Below are positions 19,702 to 27,936 of a stretch of DNA of 64,000 nt, piece after piece. Each line of letters opens with the position of its first letter. The first letter of the stretch is position 1. Made by a program: the position numbers and the translations under genes. Under the pieces are notes generated by a model that was not told the origin of the DNA, ran no database searches, and was given only the letters and a program-made list of their open reading frames with translations. The stretch comes from Candidatus Heimdallarchaeota archaeon (lineage in GTDB: Archaea > Asgardarchaeota > Heimdallarchaeia > Heimdallarchaeales > Heimdallarchaeaceae): positions 10,950 through 74,949 of the forward strand of contig JABCTC010000016.1 of the NCBI GenBank assembly GCA_018238545.1, given 5' to 3'.

Positions 19702-20718
19702 TTGGTTTGTGATTTAATGGTAGATGATCGTTACTCTAGACAGCAACTGATTCCTGGTTGGAACCAAGAAACTCTTTCTGAGAGCACTATAGTTCTCGTT
19801 GGGGTTGGTGCAATTGGAAGTTACGTAGGAACCATTCTTGTATCATCTGGTATTGGGAAACTAATAATAATAGACTTTGACACGATAGAAACATCTAATC
19901 TCAACAGACAGCTATTATATCGTGATGCTGATGTAGGAAACTCTAAATCAGAAACTGCCGCAAAAAGATTGAAGGAATTAAATCCAGAGGTAGACATCGA
20001 GTTCTATCATAAGAAGATGGAAAAGGTTTCTGTATCAGTATATGAGGAAGCAGATGTAATAGTCTCTTGTTTAGATACATTTCTGGGACGTAGGTGGATT
20101 AATTCAATGGCTATCAGAGTGAAAAAACCGTTAGTCACAGGAGGTATGTTTGCTTTTTTGGGAAACGCTCAAGTCATCATCCCTTACGAAACGGCGTGTT
20201 TTGAATGTCAACCTTTAGTTCCTGAAGAAGAATTAGCTCAAGCCTGTACACCTTTTGGTGAGGAAAGAAAAAAAGAAAGGGGAGAAATCGAGAAAGAACC
20301 TCCTCTTCCAGCTGTTGCAACATTATCGTCAATTATTGGAGGCATCATGGCTCAGGAAGCCTTGAAACTGACACTAAATATTGGTAATCATCTTCAGAAC
20401 TATCTTTTTTATGATGGATTAAATAATGCAACTACCATTTTGGAATTGGTTCGATCTGAAGAATGTCCTACTTGTGGAGAGTTATATAAGCTTGAACAGA
20501 TAGAATTTGTAGCTCATTCAGATGAAACAGTTAAAGAGTTAGAAGTTCGGTTAGCCTTAACTTATGGATTGGAAAAACCAGAATTAATGATAAAAGGAAA
20601 ATTATTAGATTCAAATGCATTAATCAAAGATTCTATCTCTAAAGGAAAAGAAACAGTGTTTGTTCTAGATAAAAATCTTGCAAAACCGATAAAAATTATA
20701 CTTCAGATAACGGAATGA
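19702..20718 (+). CDS. Ubiquitin-activating E1-like enzyme (ThiF/UBA3-like) with C-terminal ubiquitin-fold domain (likely start ATG 19717)
   Basis: DRYSRQ, GVGAIG, SNLNRQ, CFEC and CPTC Zn sites, putative catalytic QACTP. Confidence 0.92.
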   Translation: MVCDLMVDDRYSRQQLIPGWNQETLSESTIVLVGVGAIGSYVGTILVSSGIGKLIIIDFDTIETSNLNRQLLYRDADVGNSKSETAAKRLKELNPEVDIEFYHKKMEKVSVSVYEEADVIVSCLDTFLGRRWINSMAIRVKKPLVTGGMFAFLGNAQVIIPYETACFECQPLVPEEELAQACTPFGEERKKERGEIEKEPPLPAVATLSSIIGGIMAQEALKLTLNIGNHLQNYLFYDGLNNATTILELVRSEECPTCGELYKLEQIEFVAHSDETVKELEVRLALTYGLEKPELMIKGKLLDSNALIKDSISKGKETVFVLDKNLAKPIKIILQITE

Positions 20719-20745
20719 ACTGAGTTTTTGCTTTAATTTTACAAA

Positions 20746-22209
20746 TTGAATGCAATGTTTTTTAAAGTTTCATTGTCATCATTTGATATAGAGAATTATA
20801 ATAAGGTGAGACAAATATCTACAGATGATTACATCCTTGCAAATGAAACGCAGTTAATATATGAAAATGCAGCAGGATTCGAACCAGTAAGAGGTAATCT
20901 TAAACACTGGAAAGGTTATGTAGGAACAATTGAAGGAACTGAAATTCCTATCTTTGCAAATATTTTCATTCAAGATGGGTTCCCCGATATAGCTCCTTTT
21001 GTTGATATTACACCAAAAGTGAATCATCCAAATACTGACGATGATGGAACCTTGAGCATTAAAATATTAGTAGAATGGAACAGAAGTTATCATGTTCATG
21101 ACGTAATTAATGATACAAAGCAACTTTTTACACGTGTTCCAGCCAAGCCATATAAAACAAAGAAATCAAGGAAAAAGGAAAGATATACAGGGTTACAAAG
21201 AGCTACCATTCCTGTCAGACAGCTTCCTCAAGTTGAAATGGTTACAACTAGAAAAGAAACTACTACAGAGACTGAAAAACGGAAAATTGAAGATACAATT
21301 ATGGATTATCAATCAAAGATTGACGATATAGGTAAAAAAATTGAGAAGGAAAGAACCTCTTTACTAAAAGAAGGTGGTATCAAAGTTGATAGATCAGATA
21401 AAGAAATATCAATCTCCTTAGAAGAAAATCTTAAAGCTGAAAGTTACGCAATTCAAGATACTCTAGAAGTACTCCAAGAAAAATTTGAAGATGGAGACAT
21501 GACAACTGTGGATTTCCTGAAATTATATAAACGGTACTCTAAAAATGGTTATAAAGCTGAAAAACAGCACAATCATGTCAAAGCGAGTGGTAGTATGTCA
21601 AAACTAGATGAAAGAAATCTTGAATTAGAAGCTAACCTTTATGCCTCAATTGTAACACTAGATAATCTTGCTATAAGTTATGAAAATAATGAAATAGATC
21701 AGATTGCATATAGAAAGCAATTACGTTCTCTCATTAGAAGTATTTTCAAATCACGAATGCAACTAGAAAAAGTTGGATTCCAACTTGAAAACTTTATCAA
21801 AAAAGAGAAGTTAGATAGCAAATATCCTAAAGGCATTCGTCATCTTCGTGTAGCTGAAGGAGTTGAAACTGCTGATGCAATATCTATACCTTTTGACTCG
21901 TTGAAGAAAATGCCCACAAAAACTGCGGATTATGTCGCTTCTGCAATTGAATTGATCGATTTAACAAGACTTCGTTCGGTAGCCAGAGCAGATTTACTGT
22001 TAGCAGATATGGATGAGATGTTACACATTCTCAAAACATTTCCATCAATTCCTAAAGATCATTGGGTTATTGAAGATATCAGTAATTGGCGTAAAATCAT
22101 TGGCAAATACAAACCTGAAGAGGTAATAAAGGAAGAAGATTGTGAAAAACTCGAATTCCAAGCAGCAAGATGGCTGAATGATTTTCGACGAGTTCTCAAA
22201 GAATTATAA
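20746..22209 (+). CDS. ESCRT-I: UEV-coiled coil-steadiness box (Vps23/TSG101-like) fused to Vps28-like domain
   Basis: E2-like FPDIAP...HPNTDDDGTLSIKIL with the catalytic Cys replaced by Ser; FEDGDMTTVDFLKLY steadiness box; Vps28-like ANLYASIVTLDNLAISYEN. Confidence 0.85.
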   Translation: MNAMFFKVSLSSFDIENYNKVRQISTDDYILANETQLIYENAAGFEPVRGNLKHWKGYVGTIEGTEIPIFANIFIQDGFPDIAPFVDITPKVNHPNTDDDGTLSIKILVEWNRSYHVHDVINDTKQLFTRVPAKPYKTKKSRKKERYTGLQRATIPVRQLPQVEMVTTRKETTTETEKRKIEDTIMDYQSKIDDIGKKIEKERTSLLKEGGIKVDRSDKEISISLEENLKAESYAIQDTLEVLQEKFEDGDMTTVDFLKLYKRYSKNGYKAEKQHNHVKASGSMSKLDERNLELEANLYASIVTLDNLAISYENNEIDQIAYRKQLRSLIRSIFKSRMQLEKVGFQLENFIKKEKLDSKYPKGIRHLRVAEGVETADAISIPFDSLKKMPTKTADYVASAIELIDLTRLRSVARADLLLADMDEMLHILKTFPSIPKDHWVIEDISNWRKIIGKYKPEEVIKEEDCEKLEFQAARWLNDFRRVLKEL

Positions 22210-22287
22210 TAAACGAAGAAGGATATATTCCCTCTTCTTACAATTCTTTTCAGATGAGGTCTATCGAAACATAACCAGGTGATTTGA

Positions 22288-22593
22288 CTGCTAGAAAAAA
22301 ACGTTAATGACGCACAATTTACCAACATAAGACAGTTATTATTTGAATTAATCAATCTTATAGAGATTAAAATAGACGTTGGTTACATCCTTGAAGAGAT
22401 AGAGGAGATTACTTTAGAAATCGGGAAAATTAACCAAAAGGGAGAGAGATTGGGAGATGAGATGAAAGAGGTGTATAAATCTCTTTATAGAAAATACAAG
22501 AACAAGCTTGCCGCATTCCTTTCCCCACGGGAAGCAAATCAAATAATGGGAAAAATAAAGAATTGGATACAAATTTTACCAACTATCTTCTAG
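22288..22593 (+). CDS. Unannotated 101-aa helical protein within the ESCRT cluster (CTG start)
   Basis: Stop-free frame filling the gap, with AGGTGA at 22277-22282 five nt before the CTG. Confidence 0.7.
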   Translation: MLEKNVNDAQFTNIRQLLFELINLIEIKIDVGYILEEIEEITLEIGKINQKGERLGDEMKEVYKSLYRKYKNKLAAFLSPREANQIMGKIKNWIQILPTIF

Positions 22594-22636
22594 TTTTTTC
22601 CGACTAATTTTTATTTATTTGAGAAGATATAAATAA

Positions 22637-23392
22637 GTGCTATACAATTACTATTTGGAGATTGAAGTGGGTTTAAGAGACATAGAGAAAAAAATCAAGA
22701 TAAAATCTGCTTTCCAAGTAAAAGATGCTGAATTAATGATTCAAGAATTACAGCAAATGATGGATAATATTCAAGTTATTAAGAAACAGTTGAAAAAATT
22801 CGAGAAAAAATATGGTGATAAAATCTCGGAGAACAAAGAATATTATGACAAACTTGCAGGTTTACGAGACGAATTAGGATTACCTGCAGAAATTGGTCGT
22901 TTTGATTGGAAAGAAGCACCTACACTCAAAGATAAATTAACAGGTAAAGGGTTTTACGATATTTTGGCAAATGAAATACTGGAACTAGGTCAGAGTTCGA
23001 CTCCAGATAATGGAGGCATCATGTCAGTAGGAGAATTATTTACTCAATTAAACAAAATCAGACCAGGAAGAATGGTTTCAATTGATGACATGTATAGATC
23101 TATTGAGAAACTTATCAATTCTAAACTCATTAGACCATACAAAAACCTTGAATCTGGTGTCAAAATCATAGAATTTACTCCAGTTGAGTTCAGCCCAGAT
23201 CACGATATCATATTGAGCTATGCATCAAGATCAGGGTATGTAACAAAAGAAAATCTTTTGATGAAAACTGACTGGTCAGAAGAAAGAATTGATAGATGTT
23301 TAACATTCTTTGAAGAAAACGGTATTGCAAGAGTAGATAGAAGCTATTCTGAAGGCACGAAATTTTGGTTCCCTGGTTTACTAGGGATGTAG
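22637..23392 (+). CDS. ESCRT-II Vps22/Vps36 (EAP30) family (likely start at VGLRDI)
   Basis: FEKKYGDKISEN, FYDILANEILE, NGGIMSVGELF, tandem winged helices and terminal FWFPGL. Confidence 0.9.
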   Translation: MLYNYYLEIEVGLRDIEKKIKIKSAFQVKDAELMIQELQQMMDNIQVIKKQLKKFEKKYGDKISENKEYYDKLAGLRDELGLPAEIGRFDWKEAPTLKDKLTGKGFYDILANEILELGQSSTPDNGGIMSVGELFTQLNKIRPGRMVSIDDMYRSIEKLINSKLIRPYKNLESGVKIIEFTPVEFSPDHDIILSYASRSGYVTKENLLMKTDWSEERIDRCLTFFEENGIARVDRSYSEGTKFWFPGLLGM

Positions 23393-23399
23393 TTTTTTT

Positions 23400-24155
23400 C
23401 TAAAAAACTTTATCAGCTTCAAATTGAATTATCGTTTTTTCTTTATTCAACCATTTTGCTACTTTGTTTTCAACTAGCATTTCACAAACTATTATCAAAT
23501 CATCTGCTGGCAAATCACTCCATTGTTGTTGAAGTTGTGAAAGATCAAAAAGTGAGTGTATTTCTACTACTCTCCCTGTTTCAATCATGAAATCTAACAA
23601 ATTATCTGCCCATTCTTCATTTGTTTTCCAGTAAATACGAGCTCGTGTTTTTGTTTTCTCATCTAACCATTTAGCTACACTCTGCTTAACAAGATGATCT
23701 ATAACCTCTCGAACTTGCTTCAAAGACATCTTCTTATTGTTTATAGTATTATTAAATGGATGAACATTTCGGATTTCATTAATATTAATGATGTGAATAA
23801 CAAAAATACGACTATAGTCAAGAACTATTGCTGACCAGCTTTCAAGCCAAGATTCAACTTGTGATTCTTTCTTTGGTTTAATATACATCCATGGAGCTTT
23901 TACCCACTTTGGTAAACTGTCCTCAAATTCAACTTCTAAAAATGCTCTTTGTTCTTTTGAAAGATCTACTTTTGTAATAGCCTTAACAACAGGCATAGTA
24001 GTTTTTAGGTCTTCTTCAGTAATTTCCAACCCCTTGATACTTGCTTCAATTAGCTTAAGTTTATTATCGGAAATTTCTTTTTCTTCCTTAAGTTTCTTAA
24101 CGTCTAATTTTTCAGTACGTTCCTTATCATTTTTTTTCTTTTTAAGGGTAGACAT
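23400..24155 (-). CDS. ESCRT-II Vps25 family with a charged N-terminal extension
   Basis: LPKWVKAPWMY...WLESWSAIVLDY, PFNNTIN and IYWKTNEEWAD match the Vps25 pattern. Confidence 0.88.
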   Translation of the reverse strand: MSTLKKKKNDKERTEKLDVKKLKEEKEISDNKLKLIEASIKGLEITEEDLKTTMPVVKAITKVDLSKEQRAFLEVEFEDSLPKWVKAPWMYIKPKKESQVESWLESWSAIVLDYSRIFVIHIININEIRNVHPFNNTINNKKMSLKQVREVIDHLVKQSVAKWLDEKTKTRARIYWKTNEEWADNLLDFMIETGRVVEIHSLFDLSQLQQQWSDLPADDLIIVCEMLVENKVAKWLNKEKTIIQFEADKVF

Positions 24156-24172
24156 GAGTTAGACCTCTAGTT

Positions 24173-25345
24173 TTAAGCACTACTACCGAATTCTTCGTTC
24201 CATTTGTCGTATCTATCTACTTCTTCATCACTGATTGATGGGCTGATAGCTTCTATTGCTTCTAAGAAATCATCTTGTGTAACTGAACGTGCTTTTATAG
24301 TTGTATCAGTAATTGCTCCAGCCATGTCTAACTCTCTGATAGGTGTCATTATTGCTTCTCTGCACACCATTGCAATATCAGCACCAGAGTAACAATCAGT
24401 TATTTCTGCTAAAATAGAAAAGTCAACCTCAGAACACATTTCTATACCTCTTGTGTTATATTTGTAGATTGCTTCTCTAGCTTCAAGGTCTGGTAAAGGT
24501 ATGTAAATACGTCGTTCAAATCTCCTTCTAAAAGCACCATCTATTGCTTCTGGTAAGTTTGTCGCACCTACAGTAACAATACGATCTGTTTCTGAACTAG
24601 ATAAACCATCCATTGCAGTTAATAACTCAGTTTTAACCCGACGCATAGCATCATGTTCTCCTCCCCTTGCTCCTGCTAATGCATCCACTTCATCAATGAA
24701 GATAATACTTGGCTGTTTTTCACGAGCGAGAGTAAACAATGTTTTTACTAATTTCTCTGATTCACCTAACCACTTAGATATAATCGAAGATGCGCTAACA
24801 TTGAAAAAAGTAGCCTCAACTTCAGCCGCTGTAGCCTTTGCTAACAGAGTTTTTCCACAACCGGGAGGACCAAATAACAAAATCCCCTTCCAAGGTCTTC
24901 GTGCTCCTGAAAAAAGATCTGGACGCATTAAAGGCAACACTATTGCTTCCCTCAATGTTTGTTTAGCATTTTCTAATCCTGCAATGTCTTTCAGTGTGAC
25001 TGAAGGTTTCTCTGTAACGATAATATCAGAAATAGCTCCCGATAATTTATCATCTGTGTCATCATCGCCAGCTGTTGACTTCTTCTCTTTCCGTTTTTGA
25101 AGTAATCCTCGCAACTCCTTTGAACGAGCTAAATACATCTCCGCTTTCTTTTTCAAAGTTCGAGCAATTTGAGGGTTACGTTCAAATCTAATAGCTTTCA
25201 TTAAAGCTTCAGCTGCATCCAAATAATAAGGAATAGCCTCACTATAGTTTTTTTCTTTATCAAAAGTATAAGCTTTTAAAGCAAATTCTCTAGCATGATC
25301 TATTAAGCCTTGTGCTGACACGTGAGTCACAACCGTTTTTTTCAA
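24173..25345 (-). CDS. vps4: Vps4 AAA ATPase (MIT + AAA; likely start GTG 25321)
   Basis: N-terminal MIT domain, RRPWKGILLFGPPGCGKT, IFIDEVD, RRRFERRIYIPLP and terminal WNEEFG. Confidence 0.95.
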   Translation of the reverse strand: MKKTVVTHVSAQGLIDHAREFALKAYTFDKEKNYSEAIPYYLDAAEALMKAIRFERNPQIARTLKKKAEMYLARSKELRGLLQKRKEKKSTAGDDDTDDKLSGAISDIIVTEKPSVTLKDIAGLENAKQTLREAIVLPLMRPDLFSGARRPWKGILLFGPPGCGKTLLAKATAAEVEATFFNVSASSIISKWLGESEKLVKTLFTLAREKQPSIIFIDEVDALAGARGGEHDAMRRVKTELLTAMDGLSSSETDRIVTVGATNLPEAIDGAFRRRFERRIYIPLPDLEAREAIYKYNTRGIEMCSEVDFSILAEITDCYSGADIAMVCREAIMTPIRELDMAGAITDTTIKARSVTQDDFLEAIEAISPSISDEEVDRYDKWNEEFGSSA

Positions 25346-25445
25346 GTTCTATACTATTATTATTATTATCATCAGATATAAAGGTTTTATTTTACTTTTT
25401 ACTGTTCTCCACTTTCCCTTTAAAAATAAAAATAAAAAGGAAGAT

Positions 25446-26099
25446 TTAATCTTCACTCATTTTTTTCTTCAACGATTCAAGCTCTTCTTCAAGATCTGAT
25501 GTGTCTTCTTCCTTTTCACCTGAGACACCAGCTGGTGTTACGGGTAATCCAGAAATATCGGGCAAACTTGTTGTTGTTCCAAGATCCATTTCAGCCTCTA
25601 GCTGTGCTAATTGATCATCAATAGCAGCATCATCTTCAAAATCTAGAATTCCTTCTGATAAACTTGGATCAGATAGTGCTTCAGTCATCATTTCAATTTG
25701 ATCACGTTGTTCCATAACTGTATCCATAACGCGTTCTGTACGTTCTGGAGATACTTGCTTGATTTTCTCGCCAACTACTTTTGTGCCAATTTCCATTGCT
25801 TTAACAGTATCAGCAGTTGATGTTGCTGTTTGGATACCATCTATCTGAGCTTGAAGGTTCATAACAGTATTATGAAGAGAGTTGAGACGTTTCATGAAAA
25901 CTGCTCTTCTTTTGAGGGCTGATCTTGCTCCAGCTTTATTGCCAGTTTGAAGCATTTTAGCAGCTAATATTTTCTGCTCATCTGCTTGTCTTTCAAGATT
26001 TCTTGCCTCATGTTCCATTCTATTCATTTGTGCCTTGAGTGTTGAAAGAGCATCAGCATCTTCCTTACGTTTTTTGCCAAAGAGCCAATTTTTAACCAT
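25446..26099 (-). CDS. ESCRT-III, Vps20/32/60 (Snf7)-class
   Basis: NWLFGKK amphipathic start, KAGARSALKRR, MIM2-like LPVTP and C-terminal DLEEELESLK. Confidence 0.9.
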   Translation of the reverse strand: MVKNWLFGKKRKEDADALSTLKAQMNRMEHEARNLERQADEQKILAAKMLQTGNKAGARSALKRRAVFMKRLNSLHNTVMNLQAQIDGIQTATSTADTVKAMEIGTKVVGEKIKQVSPERTERVMDTVMEQRDQIEMMTEALSDPSLSEGILDFEDDAAIDDQLAQLEAEMDLGTTTSLPDISGLPVTPAGVSGEKEEDTSDLEEELESLKKKMSED

Positions 26100-26113
26100 T
26101 ATTTATCACCTAT

Positions 26114-26728
26114 TTAATCTTCTTCTCTTTTTCTTAGCTTTTGGATTTCTTGTTCTAAATCATCTGTTTCTACAACACCTACAGAAGGCAATCCTGCTTG
26201 TGTTGAGACACCTAATTCAACAGCTGTTTTTTCTATTAAACGATCTACTTCAGCTGGATCAGTGTCTGAAATCAATAAATCATCTATACCATCCTCAATA
26301 GTACCAGTAGATTCCTCAATACCATCAATAGAACCTTCCATATCCTGGATTACTCTATCTAAATCTGGTATTTGTAACTGTTCATTAGCTGCTCTGAGAG
26401 CGGATGCTACACCGTGCATTTCTGCCGCCATACTGGCAGCAGTATCTGATCGTTCGAGTTTGAAAATTAAACCGTTTATTCTAGATACTAATTTTTGATA
26501 TCCAAATTCCCAACGTTGATTTCGAACAATATCTGTAGCAAACAATCTCGCAGACTCTAAATCTCCTCGTTGAATACTTTGTTTCATTTTCAATTGCATC
26601 TTAGATTCGTCACGTTCAAGCTTTCTTTGAGCTCTTTCTAATCGACGAACAGTTAATCTTAGATTTACTATGTGGTCACGAGGGTTTTTCTTTGAACCCA
26701 ATAGCCATCCCATAAAATTTCCGAACAT
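26114..26728 (-). CDS. ESCRT-III, Vps2/24/46-class
   Basis: LRLTVRRLER..LERDE, GDLESARLFATDIVR and C-terminal MIM1-like DLEQEIQKLR. Confidence 0.9.
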   Translation of the reverse strand: MFGNFMGWLLGSKKNPRDHIVNLRLTVRRLERAQRKLERDESKMQLKMKQSIQRGDLESARLFATDIVRNQRWEFGYQKLVSRINGLIFKLERSDTAASMAAEMHGVASALRAANEQLQIPDLDRVIQDMEGSIDGIEESTGTIEDGIDDLLISDTDPAEVDRLIEKTAVELGVSTQAGLPSVGVVETDDLEQEIQKLRKREED

Positions 26729-26879
26729 CTATCTCACTGTCTAATTTGTTAAGTTATACCTATTTAAGCTTTCGTTGTTATTATATCTATTGTTTTAAAC
26801 TCACATACATAAAGAAGGGTCCTTTCGAAATTTTTAAATTCAGATACTTAAAATAGAGCATGAAAATAGGTGATAATCT

Positions 26880-27191
26880 ATGCTCATGAATAAAAAAACA
26901 GCAAAATTAGCAGTGATAATCTTTAGCATTGCCGGAGCTATAATGTTGATGTCGACAGGTGTTCTTGCACAAGATCCCCCATCGGATAATTATTTAAAAC
27001 CAATTGGAGCAGCCCTTGCAATAGGGATTGCTGGAGCAGCAGCAGCAATAGCAATGGGAATGGCAGGAAGTGCTGCAATAGGTGCCATAGTTGAAAATCC
27101 TGAATTATTCGGAAAAGCTTTTCTCTTCATTGTACTTATTGAAGCGGTAGCTATTTATGGGCTGCTTGTGGCAATTCTGATAGTATTCTAA
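26880..27191 (+). CDS. atpK: A/V-type ATPase proteolipid subunit c/K, with signal-like N-terminus
   Basis: GAALAIGIAG...ENPELFGKAFLFIVLIEAVAIYGLLVA with the conserved Glu. Lacks the Gln and E-S/T Na+ signature, so probably H+-coupled. Confidence 0.92.
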   Translation: MLMNKKTAKLAVIIFSIAGAIMLMSTGVLAQDPPSDNYLKPIGAALAIGIAGAAAAIAMGMAGSAAIGAIVENPELFGKAFLFIVLIEAVAIYGLLVAILIVF

Positions 27192-27217
27192 TCCCACAAT
27201 CTTTTCTTATTTTTTGG

Positions 27218-27598
27218 GTGGAATTTATGACTGATACTAACAAAATACAATCTCCAGCAGCTATTAAGCTTGCTTCAATTAAAGATTTAGTGAAAATGAT
27301 GATTTTCAGTGTAGGAACTGAAAGACCTGCAGGATACATAGGATATTTTAGAAATAATGAAAAATCTTTTTATTTCATTTTTAATACAAGTTTAGGATAT
27401 TACGAACTTAATGCACTTCCTTTTGTAATCTGGGTTGAAGACTCCAAGGAACTTGAAACAGCATTTATCAGATATAGAACATCTCCTGTTGAAGAGATGG
27501 AATTTTCTGATTTTGCAGCAGATCCAAAATGGGTTACTTTACCAGTAATTGCTTTTGAAGAAATGCCTGAATTTCTTAAGGTCTGGAAAAAGAAGTAG
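27218..27598 (+). CDS. Conserved archaeal hypothetical protein (resembles a crenarchaeal-type small protein)
   Basis: IKLASIKDL...YYELNALP...PVIAFEEMPEFL pattern recognised from memory only. Confidence 0.6.
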   Translation: MEFMTDTNKIQSPAAIKLASIKDLVKMMIFSVGTERPAGYIGYFRNNEKSFYFIFNTSLGYYELNALPFVIWVEDSKELETAFIRYRTSPVEEMEFSDFAADPKWVTLPVIAFEEMPEFLKVWKKK

Positions 27599-27605
27599 TC
27601 TAGGT

Positions 27606-27905
27606 TTAACCAATTTTTTCACTACATTTTGGACAGAATTTATCTTCTTTCTTTATTTTTTCGCCACATTTGGAACAGAATTTGTTAACTTTCTTCTTTC
27701 TCAGTATGATTATTTGAATTATTGCCACTAATAAACCAATACTTCCTAAACAGACCAGAATAATGTAAGCGTAATTGGTAGGAGTTGGTGTTTTTATTAT
27801 GCCAAATAACCCATAACCGAGGGCAGCAATTCCAACAATCAACTCAGTAACTATCCAAGTATATTTATCAAAGACACTTTTCTTCTTAGGCATAACACTC
27901 ATCAC
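27606..27905 (-). CDS. 2-TM protein with C-terminal zinc ribbon
   Basis: FCSKCG...FCPKCS. Confidence 0.8.
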   Translation of the reverse strand: MMSVMPKKKSVFDKYTWIVTELIVGIAALGYGLFGIIKTPTPTNYAYIILVCLGSIGLLVAIIQIIILRKKKVNKFCSKCGEKIKKEDKFCPKCSEKIG

Positions 27906-27936
27906 AACAAAAGAATGCTAGTATTTATGCCTTTTC

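Noticed and set aside
20746-21150. Active E2 ubiquitin-conjugating enzyme
   Set aside because: The catalytic Cys position after HPN is Ser, so this is a UEV domain.
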